Below are positions 46,997-56,829 of a stretch of 64,000 nt of DNA, in pieces. Numbering within the stretch: the first letter of the stretch is position 1; each line of letters begins with the position of its first letter. The position numbers and the translations under genes are program-made. This stretch comes from Candidatus Latescibacterota bacterium (GTDB lineage Bacteria; Latescibacterota; UBA2968; SICM01). Where the stretch lies: contig SICM01000003.1 in assembly GCA_009694805.1 (NCBI GenBank), forward strand, positions 10,887 through 74,886. Reading direction: 5' to 3'. The notes under the pieces were generated by a model. The model saw only the letters and a list, made by a program, of their open reading frames with translations, did not search any database and had not been told where the DNA came from.

Positions 46997-48226
46997 TTAA
47001 AAGATTCCGGTCACCAGATTCTTGAGCCAGCCCATCAGCCCCCCGGGCGTCTCGGGGATCTTGACCCGGTCGTTGCGGCTGCGGACGCGGTGGCCGTAGA
47101 GGACCAGGCCGACGCCCGTGGCGTAGCTGGGGGCATTGATGATGTCGATCAGCCCGCCGACCCCCTGAGGGAGGCCCGCGTTGACCGGCATGTCGAACAC
47201 CTGCTCGGCGAGCTTGGATACCCCGTTGAGGAGCGACCCTCCGCCGGTCAGGACGATGCCCGCCGAAAGGAGGTCCGCGTACTCTGTCCTCCGGATCTCC
47301 TTGAACACGAGTGAGAAGATCTCCTCCATGCGGGGCTCGATGATGGCGGCGAGTTCCCGGCGGGGGATCTGGTAGGAGACCCGTCCGGCCACGCCCGGGA
47401 CGGTGATCGTCTCTTCCGCCGCCACCTCCGACTGGAGGGCGCAGCCATAATCCTGCTTGATGCGCTCGGCCTGCTGCCAGGGCGTCCGGAGGCCGATGGC
47501 CACGTCGTTGGTGACGTTCTGGCCGCCCAGCCCGATCACGGCGGTATGGCGCACGCTCCCTTCGTAGAAGACGGCCAGGTTGGTCGCGCCGCCGCCGATG
47601 TCCACGAGCGCCACCCCCATCTCCTGCTCGTCGGGGGAGAGGACGGAGTGGCTGGCTGCGATGGGCTCCAGGACCGGCTCCACCACCTCGATCCCGGCGC
47701 GGGAGACGCTCTTGATGAGGTTCTGGACGGAGGTGACGGCGCCGGTCACGATGTGGACCTCCGCTTCGAGGCGCACCCCGGACATCCCGATCGGCTCCTT
47801 GATGCCGGACTGCTCATCGACGGTGAACTCCTGCGGCAGGACGTGGATGACCTGGCGGTCCGGAGGGATGGAGACGGCCCGCGCGGCGTCGATGACGCGT
47901 GTCTGGTCGGTGGCCGTGATCTCGTGGTCAGGCCCGGAGACGGCGATGACCCCCCGGCTGTTGATGCTGCGGATGTGTTCCCCGCCGATCCCGACGTAGA
48001 CGGATTCGATCTTGACGCCGGCCATCATCTCGGCCTCTCCGACGGCCTTCTGGATCGACTGCACCGTCTTCTCGACGTTGACCACCACGCCCCGACGAAG
48101 ACCCTCCGAAGGGCTGGTCCCCACGCCCACCACCCGGAGTTCACCCGACACATCGACCTCTGCGACGATGGCACACACTTTGGTGGTGCCGATGTCGAGA
48201 CCCACAATCATGTCCTCTTTTGCCAT
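46997..48226 (-). CDS. ftsA: Cell division protein FtsA
   Basis: GLDIGTTKV, DIGGG, VLTGGGS, C-terminal amphipathic GWLKNLVTGIF. Confidence 0.96.
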   Translation of the reverse strand: MAKEDMIVGLDIGTTKVCAIVAEVDVSGELRVVGVGTSPSEGLRRGVVVNVEKTVQSIQKAVGEAEMMAGVKIESVYVGIGGEHIRSINSRGVIAVSGPDHEITATDQTRVIDAARAVSIPPDRQVIHVLPQEFTVDEQSGIKEPIGMSGVRLEAEVHIVTGAVTSVQNLIKSVSRAGIEVVEPVLEPIAASHSVLSPDEQEMGVALVDIGGGATNLAVFYEGSVRHTAVIGLGGQNVTNDVAIGLRTPWQQAERIKQDYGCALQSEVAAEETITVPGVAGRVSYQIPRRELAAIIEPRMEEIFSLVFKEIRRTEYADLLSAGIVLTGGGSLLNGVSKLAEQVFDMPVNAGLPQGVGGLIDIINAPSYATGVGLVLYGHRVRSRNDRVKIPETPGGLMGWLKNLVTGIF

Positions 48227-48250
48227 ATCTCCCTCAATCTCCCTTCTTCA

Positions 48251-48318
48251 GGCAGAATGCAGAATGCAGAAGGTGTTTACTGCCTTCTGTCTCCTGCTTA
48301 CTGCTTACTGCTTACTGA
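48251..48318. repeat. 7-nt periodic inverted arms (GCAGAAT / CTGCTTA) between ftsQ and ftsA
   Basis: ggcagaatgcagaatgcagaagg ... ctgcttactgcttactgcttactg. Confidence 0.8.
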
Positions 48319-48336
48319 CAGAGGTCTTCCTTCCTG

Positions 48337-49086
48337 TTATTTTTTCAGTTTTCCCTTTTTATTTTCGTCTTCCGGCCTGGCCTTCGGGGGCCCGACGACC
48401 ACCTGGCCACTGAAACGCAGGTCGATGTAACTGGGCAGGGCCGACCATTTGGCGGCCTCAAGTGCCCGGAACTTCTCCGCCTGGACAGGTACGGCTTCGG
48501 GTTTCATCCAGACCTCGAGCCCATCCCCCACCAGGTTGAGGACGACCCTGTCCGGACCGGGGCGCACCTCGGAGATCTGATCCCAGAGGTCGGGCGCGGC
48601 CTTCCGGGCGTCCTTCAGGAGCGCCAGGCAGCGGCTGAGGCCCTCCTCCGCGACGGGGCGACCGAGGGTGTAGGTCTTCGGGTTCACCCCCGTGATCACG
48701 GGGAGATCCACGAAGGACGGGTGGAACGGGATCAGGACGCCCTCCTCGTCGATCCCGCAGAGGGTCTCCAGGTTGATCAGGGCGATCGGGGTCCGCTCGA
48801 CGACGGTGATAAGAACGCCGTTGGGGGGCGTGCGGACGATGCGCGCGCTCCGGATCATGGGGTGGGCCTCGATGCGGGCGGCGGCATCCTTCAGGTCCAT
48901 CTCATAGAGGTTGGCGCCGGGCGCGATGCCGGAGAGGGCTGAGATCTCCTCGTTCTCCAGAAGGCGCAGGCCATCGACGGAGATGCGGGCCACCTTGAAG
49001 AGCGGCGAACGGGTGATGGAGGGGCCTGCGCCGAGGGCGAGGAGCGCGGCGGCGACGATGAACAGGGTTTTTTTTTGGATGAGCAT
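48337..49086 (-). CDS. ftsQ: Cell division protein FtsQ/DivIB
   Basis: TM, POTRA domain, ERTPIA, IDEEG, LPVITG, YIDLRF; dcw position. Confidence 0.85.
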   Translation of the reverse strand: MLIQKKTLFIVAAALLALGAGPSITRSPLFKVARISVDGLRLLENEEISALSGIAPGANLYEMDLKDAAARIEAHPMIRSARIVRTPPNGVLITVVERTPIALINLETLCGIDEEGVLIPFHPSFVDLPVITGVNPKTYTLGRPVAEEGLSRCLALLKDARKAAPDLWDQISEVRPGPDRVVLNLVGDGLEVWMKPEAVPVQAEKFRALEAAKWSALPSYIDLRFSGQVVVGPPKARPEDENKKGKLKK

Positions 49087-49092
49087 GGAGGT

Positions 49093-50004
49093 CTAAGGGC
49101 TTTCGCCGATGGTTCGTATCTCGGTTTCCAGTTCGATGCCGGCGTGCTGTCGGACGCGGTCGCGGATGCGTTCGATGAGGGTCAGGACGTCCGCGGCCGT
49201 GGCCCCGCCCCGGTTGACCATGAAGTTGGCGTGGAGGTCGGAGACGACCGCGCCGCCCACGCCGAGGCCCTTGCAGCCTGCCTGGTCGATCAGAAGGCCG
49301 GCGGACGACCCGGCCGGGTTCTTGAAGATGCACCCCGCGTTGCGCTCGTAGAGGGGCTGCGTGGCCTTGCGCCTGCTCAGGATGTCGTCCATGCGGGCCT
49401 CGATCTCCTCCGGCCGGCCCCCGGCCAGGGCGAACGCCCCGCGCAGCAGGAGGAGGCCCGGCGGCAGGTCGCAGCGGCGGTAGCTGTGGGGGAGGTCCTC
49501 CTTTTTCAGAAGGAGGGTCTGGCCCGTCCCCATGTCCAGGGCCTCGACGGACAGGAGGCGGTCGAAGGTCTCGCCGCCGAAGGCCCCGGCGTTGCCCCGC
49601 ATCGCGCCGCCCAGGGTGCCCGGGACGCTGCACGCCCACTCCATCCCGGCCAGGCCCGCGCGCTGGCACTGGCGGGAGAAGACGGAGAGGCTGGCCCCGG
49701 CCTCGGCGGACCCGGTCTCCTCCTGAAAGGAGATGACGCGCAGGCCCTTCGTCAGGCAGATGACCGCGCCGCGCCACCCGGCGTCGGAGACGAGCATGTT
49801 CGTCCCGTCACCGAGGGGGAGGATCGGGATCTCCTGGCTGACGAGGCGCCGGCAGACGGCCCTGACCTCGTCGAGATCCCCAGGCAGGAGGAGGGCGTCC
49901 GCAGGCCCCCCGACGCCGAAGCTGGTGTGCCGCGCCATCGGCTCATCGAAGCGGACCTCGCCCCGGCAGATCGCCCGAAGTTCCTGTTTGAGTCGATCGT
50001 CCAT
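49093..50004 (-). CDS. murB: UDP-N-acetylmuramate dehydrogenase
   Basis: HTSFGVGGPA, PGTLGGA..GNAGA, QP, AGCIFKNP, HANFMVN. Confidence 0.93.
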   Translation of the reverse strand: MDDRLKQELRAICRGEVRFDEPMARHTSFGVGGPADALLLPGDLDEVRAVCRRLVSQEIPILPLGDGTNMLVSDAGWRGAVICLTKGLRVISFQEETGSAEAGASLSVFSRQCQRAGLAGMEWACSVPGTLGGAMRGNAGAFGGETFDRLLSVEALDMGTGQTLLLKKEDLPHSYRRCDLPPGLLLLRGAFALAGGRPEEIEARMDDILSRRKATQPLYERNAGCIFKNPAGSSAGLLIDQAGCKGLGVGGAVVSDLHANFMVNRGGATAADVLTLIERIRDRVRQHAGIELETEIRTIGESP

Positions 50005-51374
50005 CACAGAAGTCTCAGCAGCTCTTCCCCTGCGGATCGGATGTCTCCGGCCCCCATGACGATCACCAGGTCGCCTGGCTGAACCCGTTCGGCCAGGGCC
50101 CCTGCGACGGCGTCCCGGTCCGGGATGTAGGTGACGCCTTTCGCCCCGGCCTGCCGGGCGGCCTCTGCGACCAGCGCCCCGGTGACCCCTTCGATGGGGG
50201 CTTCCCGAGCGGCGTAGACATCGGTCACGATGACCAGATCGGCTTCGGCCAGGGCTGCGCCGAACCTCGACGCAAAGTCCCGCGTCCGGGAGTAGAGGTG
50301 GGGCTGAAACGCGACCACGATCCGGTCCCGTCCGAGGGACCGGGCCCCGGCGAGCGTGGCCTCCACCTCCGTCGGGTGATGGGCGTAGTCGTCAACGACC
50401 AGAACGCCGTTTCGCTCGCCCAGGGTCTCGAACCTGCGCCCCACGCCGCCGAAGGCCTGGAGGGCGTCCCGGATGGGGTCGAAGCTGACGCCGAGGTTCA
50501 GGGCCACCGTCGCGGCGGTCAGCGCGTTGCGGACGTTGTGCAGGCCCGGCAGGCGGAGCTGAATGGCGCCGATCACCGTCGCCTTACGCATCAGCGTGCA
50601 GGTCGAACCCGCCCCCGTCAGCGACACATCGGTCGCCGACACGTCGGCGTCGGACGAGAGTCCACAGGTGACGACGCGGGACGTGAGGGAGGGACGAAGG
50701 GCGCGGACGTTCGGGTCGTCGATGCAGAGGACGGCGAAACCGTCCGACGGGACGCGGTTGGCGAACATCACAAAGGCATCGCTGATGTCGTCCAGGTCCT
50801 GGTAGCAGTCCAGATGCTCCTCCTCCACCGTGGTGACGACGGCCACGGCAGGCCGGAGGCTGAGGAAAGACCGGTCGAACTCGTCGGCCTCGGCCACGAA
50901 GTGCGGCCCGGCGCCGACGCGGGCGTTGCCCCCGATCTCCGGAACGTGTCCGCCGACCATCACCGTCGGGTCGAGCCCGGCCTGGATCAGCGCCAGGGCG
51001 GCCATCGCCGTGGTGGTCGTCTTTCCGTGCGTGCCGGAGATGGCGACGCCCCTCTTCCCCTCCATCATCCGCCCCAGGGCCTGGGCCCGGCCGATGACCG
51101 GAATGCCCAGCCGGTGGGCCTCGACGACCTCGGCGTTGTCGGGCCGGATGGCGGCAGTGGCGATGACCAGATCTGTGCCCAGGACGGCCTCGGCGCGGTG
51201 CCCCTCCCGGACGGCGATGCCTTCCGTGCGCAGTTGTCGGAGGGGCTCGGAAGCCTCCCGGTCGGAGCCCGATACGATGCATCCGCGCGCGGCGAGGAGC
51301 CGGGCCATCGCGCTCATGGCCACGCCACCGATGCCGACGAAGTGGATGCGCTGTCCGGGAGCGAAAGGCGTCAT
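50004..51374 (-). CDS. murC: UDP-N-acetylmuramate--L-alanine ligase
   Basis: IHFVGIGGVAMS, GTHGKTTTT, EADEFDRSF, DDYAHHPTE, FQPHLYSRT. Confidence 0.95.
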   Translation of the reverse strand: MTPFAPGQRIHFVGIGGVAMSAMARLLAARGCIVSGSDREASEPLRQLRTEGIAVREGHRAEAVLGTDLVIATAAIRPDNAEVVEAHRLGIPVIGRAQALGRMMEGKRGVAISGTHGKTTTTAMAALALIQAGLDPTVMVGGHVPEIGGNARVGAGPHFVAEADEFDRSFLSLRPAVAVVTTVEEEHLDCYQDLDDISDAFVMFANRVPSDGFAVLCIDDPNVRALRPSLTSRVVTCGLSSDADVSATDVSLTGAGSTCTLMRKATVIGAIQLRLPGLHNVRNALTAATVALNLGVSFDPIRDALQAFGGVGRRFETLGERNGVLVVDDYAHHPTEVEATLAGARSLGRDRIVVAFQPHLYSRTRDFASRFGAALAEADLVIVTDVYAAREAPIEGVTGALVAEAARQAGAKGVTYIPDRDAVAGALAERVQPGDLVIVMGAGDIRSAGEELLRLL

Positions 51375-51485
51375 AGAGGTTCTGCGTTCCAAGCCCTGAG
51401 TCCTGAGTGAAGTCAGAAGCTCACCACGGTCTTTTTTCTCAGCACTCAGCATTCAGCCCTTATCGTGTGTGGAAAACCGACGGAT

Positions 51486-52592
51486 TCAGGCGCGTTCCCG
51501 GAGCAGTCCTGCCCGCTGCATGGCATCGACGATGCGGGCCGCGGCGTCGGGGGCGCTGAAGGCGCGCATCCGGTCGGACATGTCACGCTGTCTGACGGGG
51601 TCGTTCACCAGGTCCAGCACGGCCCGGGCGAGCCGATGTCCGTCCAGGTCGCGCTGCGGGATCATCTGCGCGGCCCCGGCCCTGACGAGGGCCTGCGCAT
51701 TCTTCGTCTGATGGTCTTCTGCGGCCGTCGGGAGCGGGACGAAGATGGCCGGGAGGCCGCAGCGGGTCAGTTCGGCGATGGTCGTGGCGCCTGCGCGGCA
51801 GATAGCCAGGTCCGCCGCGCCGAAGGCGGCGGCCATGTCGTCGATGAAGGCCCGGACGACCACCCGGTCTCCGAAGGGCCGGGCCTGCTCGGAGGCCGAA
51901 TCAAAGTCCAGATGGCCGGTCTGCCAGAGCACCTGGAGCCTCTGGCCCTCGATGAGCGCCGGGAGGGCCTGGCCGACGGCCGTGTTGATGCCGCGCGCGC
52001 CCTGGCTCCCCCCGAAGACCAGCAGCGTGGAGAGGTCGGGATGGAGGCCCGAGCGGATGCGGCCCTCGGTCTGGCCGATGGTTCCGAATTCGGCCCGCGT
52101 GGGATTTCCGCTCACCTCCCCTCTGCCTCCCAGGTAGTGCAGGGAGGCGGGGAAGGTCACGTGGACCTGCGTGGCGACGCGGGAGAGGAGCCGGGTCGTG
52201 AGGCCCGGAAAGCTGTTCTGTTCCTGGACCACGACGGGCACCGACTGCAGGTATGCGACGATGCCCGCCGGACCGCCGACGTAACCGCCGGTGCAGATGA
52301 CGACGGCGGGGCGGAATCGGCGAACCATCCGGAAGGTCCGGATCAGGCCTGCCGTGAGGATGAACGCGAATCGGAGGAGATCGACGCTCAACGCCCGGCG
52401 GAGGCCGATGACCGGCACGACCTCTATCGGATAACCCGCCCTCGGGACGGCCCGCATCTCCACACCCCGACGCGTCCCGACGAACCGGATGTCTGCGTCG
52501 GCCCGACGTCTGCGGATCTCATCGGCTATGGCGATGGCCGGGAACGCGTGTCCGCCTGTCCCTCCACCGGCTATCAGGATGCGGATCGCCAT
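51486..52592 (-). CDS. murG: Lipid I N-acetylglucosaminyltransferase
   Basis: GGGTGGHAFP, EQN, GNP, GGSQGA, RAGATT, HQTKNA. Confidence 0.95.
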   Translation of the reverse strand: MAIRILIAGGGTGGHAFPAIAIADEIRRRRADADIRFVGTRRGVEMRAVPRAGYPIEVVPVIGLRRALSVDLLRFAFILTAGLIRTFRMVRRFRPAVVICTGGYVGGPAGIVAYLQSVPVVVQEQNSFPGLTTRLLSRVATQVHVTFPASLHYLGGRGEVSGNPTRAEFGTIGQTEGRIRSGLHPDLSTLLVFGGSQGARGINTAVGQALPALIEGQRLQVLWQTGHLDFDSASEQARPFGDRVVVRAFIDDMAAAFGAADLAICRAGATTIAELTRCGLPAIFVPLPTAAEDHQTKNAQALVRAGAAQMIPQRDLDGHRLARAVLDLVNDPVRQRDMSDRMRAFSAPDAAARIVDAMQRAGLLRERA

Positions 52593-52659
52593 GGATGTTC
52601 ATATCTTGAAAGGAGCAGAATGAAAACAGCGGAACAATCCTGTTCATCCCTGTAAACCC

Positions 52660-53826
52660 TCAGGTCCCGCGCCCCGTCTGCGGGGGCCAGACGAGGGCCC
52701 CGGTCATCGATGTGAACGACGTCGAGGGGGGGGTCCCCTGCCGCGCCACGTTCAGGAGGATGCCGACGCCGATGAGGGTCAGCATGAGCGAAGAACCGCC
52801 GTAGCTGATGAACGGGAGCGGAAGGCCGGTGGTCGGGAGCACGGCGGTGACGACGCCGATGTTGAGCAGGGCGTACATCAGGACCAGGGAGGTGATGCCG
52901 ACGCTGAGGAGGAAGCCGTGCAGGTCCGGGGCGCGCCGGGCGATTCTGAACCCGATCAGCCCGAACAGGAGAAACAGGGCGACCACCGTGACGGTTCCCA
53001 GGAGCCCCCACTCCTCGCCGAGGATGGAGAAGACGAAATCGGTGTGAGGGTCGGGCAGGAAGAGGAACTTCTGGTGGCTGTGCCCCAGCCCGACGCCGGT
53101 GAGTCCGCCGGAGGCCAGTCCCACCAGGGACTGCGTGATCTGGTATCCCTTCCCCTGAACGTGCTCGCTCCGGCTGACAAACGCCTCGATGCGGTCCTTC
53201 CGGTAGCCGACCCAGAAGATCAGGACGTAGAGGACGGGCAGGGCGGCCAGCGCCGATCCGATCATGTAGCGCATCCGGACCCCGGCCACGACCATCATCA
53301 GGGCGGCCACCGTCCCCAACCCCACGGCCATGCCCAGGTCGGGCTGAAGGATGATCAGCCCCGCCACAGCGACGACGACAGCGGCGTGGTGGGCGAACTC
53401 CCTGGGTTCGTGGATGTGGCTGTGTCTCCGGGCGAGGGATTCCGCCATGTAGATCACGAGGATGAGCTTGACCAGTTCGGAGGGCTGGAAGGTGATGGAG
53501 GCGATCTGGATCCAGCGGTGCGCGCCCCGGATGCCCGCGTGCCCGGACAGCAGTTTCTGGAGGACGACGGCGAGGAGCAGGCCCACGCCGAGGATGAGTA
53601 GGGGTTTGGCCAGCCGCGCCCAGACCTGGTAGTTGACCCGCATGACCAGGGTCATCAGGAGCAGCGCAAGGCCGGCGCGCAGGAGCCAGCGGTTGAGGAA
53701 GAAGCTGCTGCTCTCAAAGCGCATCTCGCCCAGGACGGAACTGGCGCTGTAGATCATGACCGTCCCGATGGCGACGAGGGCCAGCGTGATCAGGAGGAGG
53801 GAGATGTCGAGGCGGGTGTTGGGCAT
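52660..53826 (-). CDS. ftsW: Peptidoglycan polymerase FtsW
   Basis: MIYSAS, RWI, QPSELVK, QPDLG, PDPHTDF, GEEWG, TGLPLPFISYGGSS. Confidence 0.94.
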   Translation of the reverse strand: MPNTRLDISLLLITLALVAIGTVMIYSASSVLGEMRFESSSFFLNRWLLRAGLALLLMTLVMRVNYQVWARLAKPLLILGVGLLLAVVLQKLLSGHAGIRGAHRWIQIASITFQPSELVKLILVIYMAESLARRHSHIHEPREFAHHAAVVVAVAGLIILQPDLGMAVGLGTVAALMMVVAGVRMRYMIGSALAALPVLYVLIFWVGYRKDRIEAFVSRSEHVQGKGYQITQSLVGLASGGLTGVGLGHSHQKFLFLPDPHTDFVFSILGEEWGLLGTVTVVALFLLFGLIGFRIARRAPDLHGFLLSVGITSLVLMYALLNIGVVTAVLPTTGLPLPFISYGGSSLMLTLIGVGILLNVARQGTPPSTSFTSMTGALVWPPQTGRGT

Positions 53827-53837
53827 AGGAAAAAGAA

Positions 53838-53913
53838 GGGATCGGGGATCGGGGATCGGGAAACAAGACAAATGATGTTTTCCTGACCCCTGACCCCTGA
53901 CCCCCGATCCCCG
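53838..53913. repeat. 7-nt periodic inverted arms at the murF-ftsW junction
   Basis: gggatcggggatcggggatcgggaaaca ... tgttttcctgacccctgacccctgacccccgatccccg. Confidence 0.8.
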
Positions 53914-55293
53914 TTAAAAGTTGAGCCCTGAGAGGATCTCTTCCATCCGCATGCCCCGCGAGCCCTTGACCAGCAGGACGTCGCCGGGGCGGAGGGTCTC
54001 GTTCAGCGCCTGGATGAGGTGGGCCCTGTCCGGGAAGTGCTGCGCGCGGTCGCCCAGCCCTGCGGCGCCCTTCACGATCTCGGCGGCGAGGGGGCCGGTG
54101 GCGAAGAGGAGGTCGACGCCCCGGGCTGCAAAGGCGCCGACCTCCCGGTGCAGGGCGGGGGCGTCGTCCCCCAGTTCGAGCATGTCGCCCAGGCAGGCGA
54201 TCCGCCTGCCCCCCTGTTCGACGGCCATGCCCCTGAGGGTTTCGAGGGCGGCCTTCATCGAGGCGGGGTTGGCGTTGTAGGCGTCGTTGAGGATGCGAAC
54301 CCCGTCCCGGATCTCGACCGCGCCGCGCATCGCAGCGGGTTGAAACGCCTCCAGGGCCGGGATCGCATCGCTTAGCGGGACGCCGAGCGTGTCTCCCACA
54401 GCCACCGCCGCCAGGGCGTTGTAGACGTTGTGGCGACCGGGAACGCGCAGGGTAATATTACGGCCCTGTAGAGAGAAATGACCGCAGCCGGCCTGGTCAA
54501 AGACAAGTCCCTCCCCACGGAACTGACATATCTTCTCGATGCCAAAGCCAAGGAGTCTCCCCTTGATTTTGTTTTGCCCCTTGACCAGCCACAGGTCATC
54601 GAGATTTAAGATAGCCGTCGAAGACTCGTCTAGATACTCCAGGATTTCCCCTTTGGCCTTGGCCACCCCCTCTACAGAGCCTAAAAACTCCAGATGAGAT
54701 GGACCGACGTTGGTGATCAGGCCGACGTTCGGGTCGGCCACCTGACAGAGATGCGTGAGTTCGCCGAACTCGCTGATGCCGAATTCGAGGACCGCGACTT
54801 CGTGTTGTGCGGAGAGCCGGAACAGCATGAGGGGGACGCCCTGCTGGTTGTTCTTGTTCCCCTCGGTCTTCAGGACGCGGTAGCGGGTCGCGAGCACCGC
54901 CGCCGCCATCTCCTTTGTGGTTGTCTTGCCGGTACTGCCTGTGATGCCGACGACCGGGATCCGGAACTTCCGCCGGTAGGCGCGGGCGATGTCGGACATC
55001 GCCCGCTCCGGGTCGTCCACCAGGATGAGCGTCCCGGCGGGCCGGTCTCGCTCCGGCAGGGCGGCGAACCAGCGGCCCGACACGATGGCCACCGCGGCCC
55101 CCTTCGAGACGGCCTGGGCGATGAAATTATGGCCGTCGGTCCGAGTCCCTTTAAGGGCGAAGAAGAGTTCCCCCGGCTGGATCTTCAGGGTGTCGATGGA
55201 GACGCCGACGGGCTCGAACTCCGGCGGGCAGGTCCCCGGGACGAGCTGCCCGCGCGCGGCGTCGGCGATCTCTCCGAGTGTGAAATGTTCCAT
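53914..55293 (-). CDS. murF: UDP-MurNAc-tripeptide--D-Ala-D-Ala ligase
   Basis: DGHNF, ITGSTGKTTTKE, NDAYNANPASM, LGDMLELG, VKGSRG. Confidence 0.95.
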   Translation of the reverse strand: MEHFTLGEIADAARGQLVPGTCPPEFEPVGVSIDTLKIQPGELFFALKGTRTDGHNFIAQAVSKGAAVAIVSGRWFAALPERDRPAGTLILVDDPERAMSDIARAYRRKFRIPVVGITGSTGKTTTKEMAAAVLATRYRVLKTEGNKNNQQGVPLMLFRLSAQHEVAVLEFGISEFGELTHLCQVADPNVGLITNVGPSHLEFLGSVEGVAKAKGEILEYLDESSTAILNLDDLWLVKGQNKIKGRLLGFGIEKICQFRGEGLVFDQAGCGHFSLQGRNITLRVPGRHNVYNALAAVAVGDTLGVPLSDAIPALEAFQPAAMRGAVEIRDGVRILNDAYNANPASMKAALETLRGMAVEQGGRRIACLGDMLELGDDAPALHREVGAFAARGVDLLFATGPLAAEIVKGAAGLGDRAQHFPDRAHLIQALNETLRPGDVLLVKGSRGMRMEEILSGLNF

Positions 55294-55295
55294 TG

Positions 55296-56738
55296 TTACT
55301 TCTTTAGCGCCTCGCGGGCCACCTCGCGGTCGTCGAAATGGGTCTTGGTCGTCCCGATGATCTGGTAGTCCTCGTCTCCCTTCCCCGCGATCAGGACCAC
55401 GTCGCCGGGGTGGGCGAGTTCGATGGCCCGATGGATGGCCTGCCGGCGGTCCGGGAGCGCCTCGTGGGTCCCTCCGGAGATGCCGGCCGTGATCTCGGCG
55501 ATAATGGCGTCCGGGTCCTCGGTGCGGGGGTTGTCGGAGGTCACGATCGTGAGGTCCGACAGGTCGGTCGCGATCTTTCCCATGATGGGGCGCTTGCCCC
55601 GGTCGCGGTCCCCGCCGCAGCCGAAGACGCAGATCAGCCGGCCTTTCGTGAGTCCCCGCGCGGTCCTGAGCACCTTTTCGAGGGCGTCGGGCTTGTGGGC
55701 GTAGTCGACCAGGACCGCGAAGGGCTGGCCGGCGTCCACGCTCTCGAAACGGCCCGGGACCTGAACGTTCAGGAGGCCCTGCCGGATGGGGTCGGGATCG
55801 ATGCCGAGCGCGACCCCGGCGGCGACGGCGGCCAGGAGGTTGGAGACGTTGAACAGCCCCCGGAGGTTCGACTGGACCTCGACCTTCCCGACCGGGGTCA
55901 TCACCTCCATCCGCGTCCCCTGCCAGTCGGTGGCGTGGCGTTCGGGCCGCACGTCTGCGGTCGAGGCCAGGCCGTAGGTGAGGACGGGCGCCCGGGTGCG
56001 CCGGGCGAGTTCGGCGGAGGCGGGGTCGTCGGCGTTGAGGACCGCTCCGGATTCGGATCTCAGATTTTCAAAGAGCAGGGCCTTGGCTTCGAAGTAGGCC
56101 CGTTCGGTCTTGTGAAAGTTCAGGTGGTCACGGGTCAGGTTCGTGAAGAGGGCCAGTTTAAAGTCGATGCCGTAGACCCGGTCCAGGGTTAGCGCGTGGG
56201 AGGTGACCTCCATCACGACCGCCCGGTCCCCCTTTTCGACCATCTCCCGGAGGAGGCGCTGGACCTCGTGGGCGAAGGGGGTCGTGTTCTGCGCTGGCTG
56301 AACTTCTCCTCCGACGATGTTCTGGCCGGACCCGATGCGACCGGCCTGTATCCCGGCGGCCTCAAGGACGGATCTGATCAGCGAGGTCGTCGTGGTCTTG
56401 CCGCTCGTGCCGGTGACGCCGATGGTCGTGAGGTTCCGCCAGGGTTCCCCGTAGAACCGGTTGGCCAGGAGGGCCAGGGCCCGCTTCACATCCGGCACCC
56501 GGACCCTGACCGCCGGGGCCGTGGGCAGGTCGTCCTCCAGGACGATGGCCGAAGCCCCTCTGGCGACGGCGTCCGGGATGTAAGGATGTCGATCTTCCTC
56601 CTCGCCCCCCCGGATGGCGGCGAAGAGATCCCCGCGATGGATGCGCCGGGAGTCCGTCTCGATGTTCCGGACCTCGACCCCCCGGTCTCCCTCCACGGTG
56701 GCATCGGGCAGGACGGACAGCAGGTCGTTGAGTTTCAT
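55296..56738 (-). CDS. murE: UDP-MurNAc-dipeptide--meso-DAP ligase
   Basis: DSRR, GTSGKTTT, MEVTSH, TNLTRDHL, VDYAHKPD, DNPR (DAP-type), AGKG. Confidence 0.95.
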   Translation of the reverse strand: MKLNDLLSVLPDATVEGDRGVEVRNIETDSRRIHRGDLFAAIRGGEEEDRHPYIPDAVARGASAIVLEDDLPTAPAVRVRVPDVKRALALLANRFYGEPWRNLTTIGVTGTSGKTTTTSLIRSVLEAAGIQAGRIGSGQNIVGGEVQPAQNTTPFAHEVQRLLREMVEKGDRAVVMEVTSHALTLDRVYGIDFKLALFTNLTRDHLNFHKTERAYFEAKALLFENLRSESGAVLNADDPASAELARRTRAPVLTYGLASTADVRPERHATDWQGTRMEVMTPVGKVEVQSNLRGLFNVSNLLAAVAAGVALGIDPDPIRQGLLNVQVPGRFESVDAGQPFAVLVDYAHKPDALEKVLRTARGLTKGRLICVFGCGGDRDRGKRPIMGKIATDLSDLTIVTSDNPRTEDPDAIIAEITAGISGGTHEALPDRRQAIHRAIELAHPGDVVLIAGKGDEDYQIIGTTKTHFDDREVAREALKK

Positions 56739-56829
56739 GCGTGAAATCAGGTATTTCGTGTCCGATGCCAGGAACCAGGTCGGAAGGAGAGTCAGAGCGA
56801 CCTGATCCTGGCGCCTGACGCCGGACACC

